From: an uncultured Verrucomicrobiae bacterium
GTDB taxonomy: Bacteria > Verrucomicrobiota > Verrucomicrobiia > Chthoniobacterales > UBA10450
Assembly: GCA_963735805.1 (NCBI GenBank)
Contig: CAVTMK010000002.1
Coordinates: forward strand, 1,472,001-1,536,000
Direction: 5' to 3'
Length of the DNA: 64,000 nt
Position numbers and translations under genes: made by a program. A model generated the notes under the pieces. That model did no database searches and was not told the origin of the DNA. It saw nothing but the letters and a program-made list of their open reading frames with translations. Of the stretch, positions 10,977 through 20,638 are shown one piece after another (the stretch's first letter is position 1; each line of letters begins with the position of its first letter).

Positions 10977-11094
10977 AGGTCGCTCCGCGCCCGCAACGCT
11001 TCGCATAGCGATGCAGGCGGGGGTTCGATACCAGCATCGCGCATATTGCTGCCAGCGCGCTTGCTCTCCAACGCGTGGCGTTCTATCTAAAAGC

Positions 11095-11547
11095 ATGTCC
11101 GAACATAAGATTACTCTCACTTGGAAACGCGGCGATACGCCGTTCGAGTATCAGAAATATTCGCGCGATCACACTTGGAAATTTGACGGCGGACACGAAA
11201 TGCAGGCATCGGCTAATCCCGCTTACCTGGGAAACGCACAACTGGTCGATCCGGAGGAGGCGTTTGTCGCGTCGCTCTCGAGTTGCCATATGCTCACGTT
11301 TCTCGCCATAGCGGCGAAAAAGAAATTCGTTCTTGATGAGTACGTTGACAATGCGGTTGGTCACATGGAGAAAACTGCGGAAGGCAGGCTGGCTATTACG
11401 CGTGTGACTCTAAACCAGCGTTTGAAGTTCTCCGGCGAAAAACAACCGACCAAGCAAGAGCTCGAAGAGATGAATCACGCCGCGCACGAGCAATGTTTCA
11501 TTGCCAATTCGGTGAAGACCGAAGTCACCGTCGAAACGCAGGAGTAA
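11095..11547 (+). CDS. OsmC/Ohr family protein
   Basis: DPEEAFVASLSSCHML and AHEQCFIANS two-Cys motifs; ATG at 11095. Confidence 0.9.
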   Translation: MSEHKITLTWKRGDTPFEYQKYSRDHTWKFDGGHEMQASANPAYLGNAQLVDPEEAFVASLSSCHMLTFLAIAAKKKFVLDEYVDNAVGHMEKTAEGRLAITRVTLNQRLKFSGEKQPTKQELEEMNHAAHEQCFIANSVKTEVTVETQE

Positions 11548-11580
11548 ACCGCTCGCTCTTCATGTAGCCCCGTTTGTCTA

Positions 11581-11663
11581 TTGTCATGTCGAGCGGAGTC
11601 GAGACATCTCTCGATATTTCCGAGGTAGAAACAGAGATTCCTCGACTTCGCTCGGAATGACAA
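11581..11663. repeat. Intergenic inverted-repeat element (GTCAT...ATGAC class)
   Basis: TTGTCATGTCGAGCGGAGTCGAGACATCTC ... GAGATTCCTCGACTTCGCTCGGAATGACAA forms a long imperfect hairpin. Confidence 0.8.
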
Positions 11664-11691
11664 GAAACTGCGTTAATCGTCTGTCGAAAAC

Positions 11692-13053
11692 ATGAGTACG
11701 CCGTCCGAATCTCAGCGCATGGAAAAAATCGTCAGCCTGTGCAAACGGCGCGGTTTCATTTTCCAGTCCAGCGAAATTTATGGCGGCTTGAATGGCGCTT
11801 GGGATTACGGACCGCTTGGCGTGGAGTTAAAGCGCAATCTCAAAAATTACTGGTGGCAGGTGATGGTGCACGAGCGGGACGACGTCGTCGGGATGGATGG
11901 ATCGATTCTGACTCATCCGGCGGTGCTTAAGGCGTCCGGTCACGTTGAAGGGTTTTCTGATCCGATGATCGATTGCCGGACTTGCAAAGCGCATTTGCGC
12001 ACTGATCAGCTCGTGGAGAAGAAAGGCGTTAAGCAGTGCCCAAATTGCGGTGGAAGAGATTTAACCGCGCCGCGGCAGTTCAATTTGATGTTCGAAACCC
12101 ATGTCGGCGCGACAGCGGATGAAAGTTCCATCGCCTATCTACGCCCCGAAACGGCACAATCCATTTTTGTTCAGTTCAAGAACATTCTTGAAGTGTCACG
12201 AAAGAAATTGCCATTCGGAATCGCGCAGATTGGCAAGGCGTTTCGCAACGAAATTAATCCACGCAATTTCACTTTTCGCTCACGCGAGTTCGAGCAAATG
12301 GAGCTCGAATATTTTTGCCGTGCGGAGCAGGGGATGGAGTTGCTCGAATATTGGAAGGAAGAACGCCTGAGGTTTTACAAACAGATCGGTATCCCGCGGG
12401 ACAAACTGCACGTCCTGACTGTTCCGGGCGAGGAACGGGCCTTTTATTCAAAAGGGACATACGACATTGAATACGAATTTCCGTTTGGGCGACAGGAACT
12501 TGAAGGCGTCGCATATCGAACCGATTACGACTTGTCGCAGCATCAGAAAGGCAGCGGGAAATCACTCGAATACTTTGATGAGGAGGCGAAGCAGCGATTT
12601 ATTCCGCACGTTGTGGAACCGAGCGCCGGTGTCGACCGCACAGTGCTGGCATTAATCTGCGAGGCGTATTCAGAAGACCAGGCACCTGATGAAAAAGGAA
12701 AAATGGAAACACGCCTGGTGCTCCGTTTCCATCCGCGGATTGCTCCAGTGAAGTGTGGCGTATTCCCGCTGCTCAAGAACAACCCGCAGCTAGTTGCGAA
12801 GGCCAAAACAATTGTCAGTCTTCTGCGGCCACACATGACCGTTTTCTATGATGAGAGCGGCGCCATCGGTCGCAGGTATCGGCGTCAGGATGAAATTGGC
12901 ACTCCGTTCGGAGTGACCGTTGATTTTGAGACGCTTGGCGAAAGGGACGCTGCGCTGCGTGACACAGTGACGTTGCGCGATCGCGATTCGATGAAACAGG
13001 AACGCGTCGCAATTCAAGATCTTGCGGGAATTCTACGCGACCGGCTGGCCTGA
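11692..13053 (+). CDS. glyQS: Glycine--tRNA ligase, homodimeric (alpha2) type
   Basis: KRRGF, DYGPLG, LRPETAQ, FRNEI, REFEQME and IGRRYRRQDEIGTPF. Confidence 0.96.
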   Translation: MSTPSESQRMEKIVSLCKRRGFIFQSSEIYGGLNGAWDYGPLGVELKRNLKNYWWQVMVHERDDVVGMDGSILTHPAVLKASGHVEGFSDPMIDCRTCKAHLRTDQLVEKKGVKQCPNCGGRDLTAPRQFNLMFETHVGATADESSIAYLRPETAQSIFVQFKNILEVSRKKLPFGIAQIGKAFRNEINPRNFTFRSREFEQMELEYFCRAEQGMELLEYWKEERLRFYKQIGIPRDKLHVLTVPGEERAFYSKGTYDIEYEFPFGRQELEGVAYRTDYDLSQHQKGSGKSLEYFDEEAKQRFIPHVVEPSAGVDRTVLALICEAYSEDQAPDEKGKMETRLVLRFHPRIAPVKCGVFPLLKNNPQLVAKAKTIVSLLRPHMTVFYDESGAIGRRYRRQDEIGTPFGVTVDFETLGERDAALRDTVTLRDRDSMKQERVAIQDLAGILRDRLA

Positions 13054-13445
13054 TGGATCTCGAGCAATTCCGCGAATATTGCCTTGGCAAATCCCGCATT
13101 ACTGAGAGCGCGCCATTCGGGCCCGACGTTCTGGTGTTCAAAGTCGGCGGTAAGATCTTCGCGTTAGCGGCTCTCGACGAAGTCCCGACCAGAGTGAACT
13201 TGAAATGCGACCCTGATTTGGCGCTCGAGCTGCGTGATCGTTACGAGCAGGTCACGCCGGGTTACCACATGAACAAGAAACACTGGAACACCGTTGAGAT
13301 TGAGAGCGGCATTCCAGATGGCGAGCTGCGAAAAATGATCGATCACTCCTACGACCTTGTAGTCAAAACTCCGGCGAGATCTATGGCAACGGTTGCAGCT
13401 CGATCTCGCCGAAACGCAACTGCAACGCGTCGCGGGCGACGTTGA
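13053..13445 (+). CDS. MmcQ/YjbR family DNA-binding protein
   Basis: PFGPDVLVFKVGGKIFA, NLKCDP, PGYHMNKKHWN; TGATG coupling with glyQS. Confidence 0.9.
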   Translation: MDLEQFREYCLGKSRITESAPFGPDVLVFKVGGKIFALAALDEVPTRVNLKCDPDLALELRDRYEQVTPGYHMNKKHWNTVEIESGIPDGELRKMIDHSYDLVVKTPARSMATVAARSRRNATATRRGRR

Positions 13446-14184
13446 GGAAATTATCGGCCGCATCAGTGAGAGCCACATGTAGCTCGCCGCGATTTGGTGG
13501 TGTCGCGCGAAGTGATTGGCAATCCAATGTTTCTTCCACTGCGCGCGCACAGTTTTGGGCGGAATCGACGAGCGTGATTTGGCGTTTGACTGCTCGCGAA
13601 ATCGCATTGGCGAGCAGTGGATAATGCGTGCAACCGAGTACCAGCGTATCGATCCCATCAGCAAGCATCGGTTCGAGATAACGCATGATTATTCTGTCCG
13701 TCACATCGTCGTTGAGCAGTCCTTCTTCGATTAACGGGACGAGCAACGGGCAGGCGCGACTGCTCACGCGCACATTGTTGTCGGCTGCGCGTAACGCCTT
13801 TTCGTACGCGCCGCTACGAATTGTCGCACGGGTCCCGATCACGCCGATGCGCCGGTTGCGTGTCGCCTGCAATGCAGCTCGCGCTCCCGGTTCGATTACC
13901 CCGATCACGGGCACAGGAAATTTCTCTGTTAGCAACGGCAACGCGACCGATGAAACAGTATTACACGCCACGACCAGCGCCTTTGCGTTTTTCCCTATAA
14001 GCATTCCCGCCAGTTCGGTGGCGTAGCGCTGCACAGTTTCCGGGCTTTTCGGGCCGTAGGGAACACGGGCCGTATCGCCAAGATAAACAATGTTTTCGTC
14101 CGGCAACAAGTCGTGCAGCGCCTTGACTACGGTCAGGCCGCCAATGCCGGAATCAAAAACACCGATCGGGCGTGAATCACTCAT
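13381..14184 (-). CDS. murI: Glutamate racemase
   Basis: FDSGIGGLTV, ACNT and LGCTHYP motifs. Confidence 0.96.
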   Translation of the reverse strand: MSDSRPIGVFDSGIGGLTVVKALHDLLPDENIVYLGDTARVPYGPKSPETVQRYATELAGMLIGKNAKALVVACNTVSSVALPLLTEKFPVPVIGVIEPGARAALQATRNRRIGVIGTRATIRSGAYEKALRAADNNVRVSSRACPLLVPLIEEGLLNDDVTDRIIMRYLEPMLADGIDTLVLGCTHYPLLANAISRAVKRQITLVDSAQNCARAVEETLDCQSLRATPPNRGELHVALTDAADNFLNVARDALQLRFGEIELQPLP

Positions 14185-14293
14185 GCAGCGGGAAGGTGAT
14201 GGTTAGGCTGTCCTGATGCAAGCACGTGGTCGGGCGCGACCCCGGCGCTCCGGCGATTTGCAAAGGCGCTCCGGCTTTGGATGATTGATCGCG

Positions 14294-16987
14294 ATGGTCG
14301 AACTCCCGAAGAGATACGATCCAAAGTCGGTCGAACCAAAATGGTATCGGCGCTGGATGGAAGATCGCGATTTCGTTGCAGATGCGAAGTCTTCGAAGCC
14401 GGCATTCTCTATCGTGATGCCGCCACCAAATATCACTGGCGTGCTTACGCTTGGCCACGTCCTCAACGATACCATCCAAGATATTCTCGCACGCCGTGCC
14501 CGTATGCAGGGCTTCGAAGTGCTCTGGTTGCCAGGGATGGATCATGCCGGCATCGCGACGCAAACAGCAGTCGAAAAGTGGCTGCGCAAAAACGAAGGAG
14601 TAACGCGTCGGGATTTAGGGCGCGAGGAATTTCTACGCCGTGTGATGGAATGGCAGGATAAACACGGCGGCATCATTATCGAGCAGCTCAAGCGTTTGGG
14701 TTGCTCCTGCGATTGGTCGCGTCAGCGATATACACTCGATGATGCGTACGTCGCGGCTGTCCAAAAAGTTTTTGTCGATCTTTACAACAAAGGACTGATT
14801 TATCGCGGACGGCGAATGATCAATTGGGATCCGGCTGCACAAACTGCGCTTTCAGATGAAGAGGTGATTTCCAAGCCCCAGAAGGGAAGTCTCTATTTTG
14901 TTCGCTACGAAATTGTGGAAGAACCCGGGCGTTTCCTGGAGGTTGCAACTACCCGACCGGAAACGATCATGGCCGACACTGCGATGGCTTTTCATCCGGG
15001 CGACAAACGATACGCGGATCTCTTGGGCAAGTACGCGTGGCGCCCGCTAGCCCGCGAGAAAATTCCGATCATTGCCGACGAAGCGATCGACCCGGAATTC
15101 GGCACTGGTGTTTTGAAAGTTACCCCAGCGCACGACGCAGTGGATTTCGAGATTGGGCAGCGGCATAAGCTGCCAGTTGTCGATGTGCTGCATGCTGACG
15201 GCCGTATCAATTGTCCGGCAGTCTCAGAGTTGGATGGACTTGATCGCTTTAAAGCACGGGAAAAAGCCGCAGAGTTATTGCAGGCGAGCGGAGCGCTGGC
15301 AAAAACGGAGCCGTACGAGAACAATGTCGGGTTCAGCGAGCGCAGCGATGTGCCAATCGAGCCGCGTATCAGCGAGCAATGGTTCCTGCGCTATCCAAAA
15401 ACAAAAGAAGCCTTGGCGGTGGTACGCAATCACCTGATCAGGTTCTTCCCCCAGCATTGGGAAAAAGTTTACGCACAATGGCTGGAGAACATTCGCGATT
15501 GGTGTATCAGCCGCCAGGTATGGTGGGGGCACCGGATACCGGCCTGGTACCGGAAATCCCAAACTGTCGAGGCAGGCGTGTCGCCTGCGAACCAAAACAA
15601 AGCAATCGGCACGGCTGCCACTACAGAGAAAGAGGATATTCGTGTGCAAGTTGAATCGCCGGGTGAGGGATGGACCCAGGACCCAGATACGCTCGATACC
15701 TGGTTTTCATCGTGGTTATGGGCTTATGAAACAATGGATGAACAAACCCGGAAGAAATTTTATCCGACGAGTGCGCTCGTGACTGCGCCGGATATCATTT
15801 TTTTCTGGGTGGCGCGCATGATCATCGCCGGCTTGGAATTCAGGCCGGGCAATTCAGACCGTGTTGAGGACAATATTGCGTTCCACGACGTTTATTTCAC
15901 GGGCCTTATTCGTGACAAGCTCGGACGGAAGATGTCGAAGTCGTTGGGCAATTCGCCCGATCCACTCGAATTGATCGACAAGTATGGCGCCGACGGGTTG
16001 CGGTTCGGTCTGATGCGCATCGCGCCCAGGGGCCAGGACATTCGCTTTGACGAAAAACAGATCGAAGAGGGTCGCAATTTCGCGACGAAACTTTGGAATG
16101 CCGCTCGCTTCCGGCAGATGCACGGTCCGAGCGAGGCCGCGCCAAAGATCGATAGCCAGGTGCTATCGATCTACGCGATAGAATTGCTCGCGCGCTTGAA
16201 CGAAACGATGGACGCGGTCGACGCCGCTTATCGAGAATATCAGTTCAACACGGTAGCTCAGCGCCTTTATGACTTCGTCTGGAGCGATTATTGCGACTGG
16301 TTCGTCGAGGCGGCGAAGACCGAAATCTTCGGAGAAGACGAGGCGCAGAAGAAATCCGCGTTGGCAGTAATGGACTTTGTTTTGTCTGCAACATTACGAT
16401 TACTGCACCCCTTCATGCCGTACATTACCGAGGAGCTTTGGTCATTGCTCGACCTTGGAAGCGGTTCGATTCAATTTGCCGTAACACCAGAAAAGGTCGC
16501 TTTGGATGACGTTTCCGATCTTCCAGGCAAACGGCGGCTCGTTTCGTCCATTTATCAAACCGTGCAGGCGGGACGCAATTTGCGATCAGAATCCAAGCTC
16601 CCTTCAAACAAAAAGATACATTTTATTTTACGCACGAATGATAATTTAATTTCAAGTCATATCTCCACGCTGAGTCGGCTATTGAACGCCGAAGAAGTGG
16701 CGCTGGATCCAGGATATCAACCGCAGGTTGGAAACCCGGTCGCGGTTACGCCAGTAGGCGAGATCTTCCTGACGGTCGCCGCGACCGACAGGGCAGGGGA
16801 ACAGCAGCGGCTCGATAAGGAAATTGCTAGAATCGAAACCGAATTATGCACCGTAACGCAAAAACTGGAGAACAAATCGTTCGTCGATCGCGCTCCCTCA
16901 ACCGTTGTCGAAGAGCATCGGCGGCGCCTTAAAGATTTCAGCGAGCGACTGACAAAGTTGAAGCAGGCACGCGAATGCCTGAATTGA
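14294..16987 (+). CDS. valS: Valine--tRNA ligase
   Basis: PPPNITG-TLGH (HIGH-like), DHAGIATQ, TTRPET, DWCISRQ, DTWFSS, KMSKS and a C-terminal coiled coil. Confidence 0.97.
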   Translation: MVELPKRYDPKSVEPKWYRRWMEDRDFVADAKSSKPAFSIVMPPPNITGVLTLGHVLNDTIQDILARRARMQGFEVLWLPGMDHAGIATQTAVEKWLRKNEGVTRRDLGREEFLRRVMEWQDKHGGIIIEQLKRLGCSCDWSRQRYTLDDAYVAAVQKVFVDLYNKGLIYRGRRMINWDPAAQTALSDEEVISKPQKGSLYFVRYEIVEEPGRFLEVATTRPETIMADTAMAFHPGDKRYADLLGKYAWRPLAREKIPIIADEAIDPEFGTGVLKVTPAHDAVDFEIGQRHKLPVVDVLHADGRINCPAVSELDGLDRFKAREKAAELLQASGALAKTEPYENNVGFSERSDVPIEPRISEQWFLRYPKTKEALAVVRNHLIRFFPQHWEKVYAQWLENIRDWCISRQVWWGHRIPAWYRKSQTVEAGVSPANQNKAIGTAATTEKEDIRVQVESPGEGWTQDPDTLDTWFSSWLWAYETMDEQTRKKFYPTSALVTAPDIIFFWVARMIIAGLEFRPGNSDRVEDNIAFHDVYFTGLIRDKLGRKMSKSLGNSPDPLELIDKYGADGLRFGLMRIAPRGQDIRFDEKQIEEGRNFATKLWNAARFRQMHGPSEAAPKIDSQVLSIYAIELLARLNETMDAVDAAYREYQFNTVAQRLYDFVWSDYCDWFVEAAKTEIFGEDEAQKKSALAVMDFVLSATLRLLHPFMPYITEELWSLLDLGSGSIQFAVTPEKVALDDVSDLPGKRRLVSSIYQTVQAGRNLRSESKLPSNKKIHFILRTNDNLISSHISTLSRLLNAEEVALDPGYQPQVGNPVAVTPVGEIFLTVAATDRAGEQQRLDKEIARIETELCTVTQKLENKSFVDRAPSTVVEEHRRRLKDFSERLTKLKQARECLN
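15564..15626. repeat. REP doublet inserted in frame inside valS
   Basis: CTGTCGAGGCAGGCGTGTCGCCTGC ... GCAATCGGCACGGCTGCCACTACAG; 63 bp, arms 19/25 identical when inverted. Confidence 0.75.
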
Positions 16988-17693
16988 AGATCACTTTTTG
17001 CTGGCTGATCCTGGCGCCGCGCTTTTGAAAGAATTCCTTTAACTCAGGTGTGTAGAACGTCCCATCGTATTCCTGATTGAGTTCGAGCCAGACCCGGCCG
17101 CGCGGGGTGAGATGTTTTGCCAGATCGTCCAGAAAGAATTCCCACTCCGGCACTTTCCAGAGGTCCGGCATTTTGTGGTTATTGAAGCAAATCATAAAAG
17201 CGGTGATGAGATCGAATCTTTGTCCAAAATCGGGTAAAGGCTGAAAAGCGTCGATTCGCTGGACAACACGGCGAACACCGAGCAAGCGCGTAACTTCCCG
17301 AAACATGGACAAGCGATCCATATCGAGACCAACACCCGAATGACCAAGCAGTTGAGCGATGTACAGAAAATATCCTGCACCACAGCCAAGATCCAGGATG
17401 CGCCTGGGACGCGCCAAATCGAGTTCGATCTGGCGAATCCGTCGAATGTTAATTCCAATCCAACGGTCGAGATCGAGATATTTTGGCCAGTCCGCGCCGG
17501 GATCCGCGACCGCGTAACGCTTGCGAACCTGTGCGAAAGCAACTGGATCGATTGTTTCGATGACCCGCTTTTTAGTAAGCGTGAACCGACCGGTTCGGAG
17601 AAGCCTGAGCGTGTGCTTCCTCGCGCTGACCAAGCTCCGGCCGTCTACAAGTTTTCGAATCTTATGTCGAAATTGCACCTGAAGAAAGATCAC
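16938..17693 (-). CDS. Class I SAM-dependent methyltransferase
   Basis: ILDLGCGAG motif I, FDLITA, LTPRGRV. Confidence 0.8.
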   Translation of the reverse strand: MIFLQVQFRHKIRKLVDGRSLVSARKHTLRLLRTGRFTLTKKRVIETIDPVAFAQVRKRYAVADPGADWPKYLDLDRWIGINIRRIRQIELDLARPRRILDLGCGAGYFLYIAQLLGHSGVGLDMDRLSMFREVTRLLGVRRVVQRIDAFQPLPDFGQRFDLITAFMICFNNHKMPDLWKVPEWEFFLDDLAKHLTPRGRVWLELNQEYDGTFYTPELKEFFQKRGARISQQKVIFNSGIRVPASTLSVAR

Positions 17694-17738
17694 ACCTTGT
17701 AGCGGAGCGCAACAACTTCAATTAAGCTGCAAACAGGA

Positions 17739-19772
17739 ATGGCCCTCTGGAAAAAGCTGGTCTGGTTTGGCGTGGCCGCGTTGGGAACGTGGGCGGTCGC
17801 TATTCTGGCGTTATCCCGCGGCGAGCGGATCAGCGCGCTCTGGATCGTGATCGCTGGATTTTGTGCACTGTCCATCAGTTATCGTTTTTACAGCAAATGG
17901 CTGGCAACAAAGGTGCTCGTGGTCAATGAAGAGCGTGCGACGCCGGCAGTCTTGCAAAACGACAACAAAGATTATGTGCCAACAAACCGATGGATGGTTT
18001 TCGGACATCATTTTGCAGCGATCGCTGGCCCTGGACCGCTGGTTGGACCTGTCCTTGCGGCGCAATTCGGTTTTCTCCCCGGCACTCTGTGGATTTTGAT
18101 CGGCGCAACGCTCGGCGGTGGCGTTCACGATATGATCGTTCTTTTTGCCTCGATTCGCCGCGGCGGGAAAACGCTTGGTCAAATGGTGAGAGAAGAAATC
18201 GGACGCGGAGTTGGGCTGCTCGCGGTGGTCAGTGTCTTGGCGATTATGATCATTTTACTGGCGGTTCTCGCGCTAGTCGTCGTGCAAGCCCTGGCTGAAA
18301 GTCCCTGGGGCGTATTCACGATCGCGACGACGATTCCGATCGCGCTGATCATGGGAGTTGGATTGCGCACGGGCAAAGTGAACGTGACGGCGATCACAAT
18401 CTTCGGCTTGCTTGGCCTGGCGTTTGGCGTGTGGGGCGGACAATTCCTCGCTCACTTCCCCGCGATTGAGAGTTGGTTCCGTCACGACCAGAAGTGGCTT
18501 GCATGGGCCATCATGATTTATGGACTTGCCGCGTCCATTCTGCCGGTCTGGATGCTGCTGACCCCGCGGGACTACCTCAGCACGTTTTTGAAACTCGGCA
18601 CCGTAGCCATGCTTGCGGTTGCCGTCGTTCTGATCAATCCCACGTTGCAGATGCCGGCGATTACGAAATTCATCGATGGCAGTGGGCTTGTCTTTGCGGG
18701 TCCGGTGTTTCCCTTTGTATGTATCACCATCGCCTGCGGTGCAGTCTCCGGGTTCCACTCCTTGATCGCTTCTGGCACGACTCCCAAAATGATCACACGC
18801 GAATCGACAATACGCAGCATCGGCTACGGAGCGATGGTCACAGAAATGATGGTTGCCCTGATGGCGATGATCGCAGCGTGCGTGCTGCAACCGGGAGAGT
18901 ATTTCGCAATTAACACAAAAGGTGCGCCGACCGAAGTCGTCGAAAGAGTTTCTGCTGCTGGTTTTCCGGTAACCGAAACGGCGATGCAGAAACTGGCCAC
19001 AAACCTCGGCGAATCCACGATGTTTAATCGCGCAGGAGGAGCGCCCACTTTCGCCGTCGGCATGGCAAGCATGTTTGCGCGAGTCTCAACCAAGCCGACT
19101 GCGCTGGCGCTGTGGTATCACTTTGCCATCATGTTCGAAGCCCTGTTCATCCTTACAACCATAGACGCCGGAACACGCGTGGGACGATTTCTGCTTCAGG
19201 ATTTTCTCGGCAATCTCTGGCGTCCGTTGGGGAATACGCGTTCGTGGGGCGCGAATTTTTTCTCCAGCGTTTTGCTCGTCGCGGCATGGGGATGGTTTTT
19301 GTACGAGGGTGTGATCGACCCTCTTGGTGGCATCAACTCGCTTTGGCCGCTCTTCGGACTCGCCAATCAATTACTCTCGGTGGTTGCGCTTTGCCTTGGC
19401 ACAACGCTTTTGATCAAAATGCGAAAGAGCAAATATCTCTTTGTAACTTTGGGGCCCCTTTGTTTCATGTGCGCGGTCACATTTTCTGCGGGCTATCTGA
19501 AAGTTTTTTCATCTGATCCAAGGCTAGGGTTCCTCAGCGGTGCCCAATCGCTCTTAAGTCAGGCGGCAGCGGTTACCGATCCAGTCAAGGCGGTTAATCT
19601 GGCGCGACAGGCAACTATCTGGCGATTCGATGCCTTCGTGGCGGTTTTCTTTCTCGTGCTCGTGCTCCTAATCGTTCTGGGCTCTGCGAGGCAATGGTGG
19701 CAATTATTGCGCGGAACCAGGCGCGTCGTTTTACACGAAAGCGAATTTGTGCCCCTCAGGGCGGTATCGTAA
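17739..19772 (+). CDS. cstA: Carbon starvation protein A family transporter
   Basis: FGHHFAAIAGPGPLVGP, PRDYLST, IACGAVSGFH, LTTIDAGTR, LWPLFG. Confidence 0.95.
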   Translation: MALWKKLVWFGVAALGTWAVAILALSRGERISALWIVIAGFCALSISYRFYSKWLATKVLVVNEERATPAVLQNDNKDYVPTNRWMVFGHHFAAIAGPGPLVGPVLAAQFGFLPGTLWILIGATLGGGVHDMIVLFASIRRGGKTLGQMVREEIGRGVGLLAVVSVLAIMIILLAVLALVVVQALAESPWGVFTIATTIPIALIMGVGLRTGKVNVTAITIFGLLGLAFGVWGGQFLAHFPAIESWFRHDQKWLAWAIMIYGLAASILPVWMLLTPRDYLSTFLKLGTVAMLAVAVVLINPTLQMPAITKFIDGSGLVFAGPVFPFVCITIACGAVSGFHSLIASGTTPKMITRESTIRSIGYGAMVTEMMVALMAMIAACVLQPGEYFAINTKGAPTEVVERVSAAGFPVTETAMQKLATNLGESTMFNRAGGAPTFAVGMASMFARVSTKPTALALWYHFAIMFEALFILTTIDAGTRVGRFLLQDFLGNLWRPLGNTRSWGANFFSSVLLVAAWGWFLYEGVIDPLGGINSLWPLFGLANQLLSVVALCLGTTLLIKMRKSKYLFVTLGPLCFMCAVTFSAGYLKVFSSDPRLGFLSGAQSLLSQAAAVTDPVKAVNLARQATIWRFDAFVAVFFLVLVLLIVLGSARQWWQLLRGTRRVVLHESEFVPLRAVS

Positions 19773-19774
19773 CT

Positions 19775-20563
19775 CTAACCGTACAAGTCCTGTCGGCGAT
19801 GAGCGAGCGATTCTACGCGACGCCGGACCGAGAGCACGAGGTCTTCAGACACGTCGGCGTGAATAAGTTCTTCGCGATCCGATGATGCAGATGCAATTAC
19901 GACTCCTCGAGGATCGATGATTGCCGAGTTGCCGCAAAACCACAAATCGTCGTCTTTGCCGACGCGGTTTGATACAATCGCGTAACTCTGGTTCTCAATC
20001 GCACGCGCCAGGGCGAGCGTTCGGAAATGTTCCAGACGTGGGAACGGCCAGGCTGAAGAAACGATAAAAGCACTTACATTCTGCTCCAAAACGAGTCGCC
20101 GGTACATTTCGGGAAACCGGAGATCGTAACAGATACTGAAGCCGAAGCGCAGATTACCCAGGGCAAAGTTGGCGAACGCATTGCCCGGAACGAAACATTT
20201 CTGTTCTTCAACGGGCGCCACCGCGTAAAGGTGAGTCTTGCGATATTTCGCGCCGATCTTCCCGTCCTGATCGACAAAAACCAAGGAGTTGTAAATTGAT
20301 ATGCCATCCTGTTCCGACACGCCGCAGACGATTGCAATCGAAAGGTTCGCGGCGATTTCCTGAAGGTTGGGCACGAAACCGTCGCTCCACGAATTAGCGT
20401 GAGTTTGGATTACGGACATCGAATATCCGGTGTCGGTCATCTCAGGAAAAACAATCAATTCCACGCCGGAGTCTTTGGCGCGGAGAGAAAAATCTCGAAC
20501 CTTGATCAGGTTCGCTTTGGCGTCACCGAGCGAACAGGAAATCTGAGCGGCCGCAACCTTCAT
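19775..20563 (-). CDS. Carbon-nitrogen hydrolase (nitrilase superfamily amidase)
   Basis: Catalytic E-K-C triad in FPE, YRKTHL and ICYDLRFPE; ARAIENQ. Confidence 0.92.
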   Translation of the reverse strand: MKVAAAQISCSLGDAKANLIKVRDFSLRAKDSGVELIVFPEMTDTGYSMSVIQTHANSWSDGFVPNLQEIAANLSIAIVCGVSEQDGISIYNSLVFVDQDGKIGAKYRKTHLYAVAPVEEQKCFVPGNAFANFALGNLRFGFSICYDLRFPEMYRRLVLEQNVSAFIVSSAWPFPRLEHFRTLALARAIENQSYAIVSNRVGKDDDLWFCGNSAIIDPRGVVIASASSDREELIHADVSEDLVLSVRRRVESLAHRRQDLYG

Positions 20564-20638
20564 ACGCTTTTGCGAGCATAGATCGCAACGTAGATTTCAC
20601 TATCGAAATCGTGGCGTTCCAGGATTACGCGCGCTTGG

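Larger units (their letters stand above)
10385..11043. mobile_element. Mini-island at the tRNA-Val 3' end, bounded by a 22-bp direct repeat
   Basis: GGTTCGATACCAGCATCGCGCA occurs at 10363-10384 and 11022-11043; an internal 10-bp copy GCATCGCGCA is at 10713-10722. Confidence 0.8.

Noticed and set aside
13381..13445. Convergent 3' overlaps (MmcQ-family gene/murI; also valS/methyltransferase at 16938-16987)
   Set aside because: Short tail overlaps are common in compact genomes and show no further signal.
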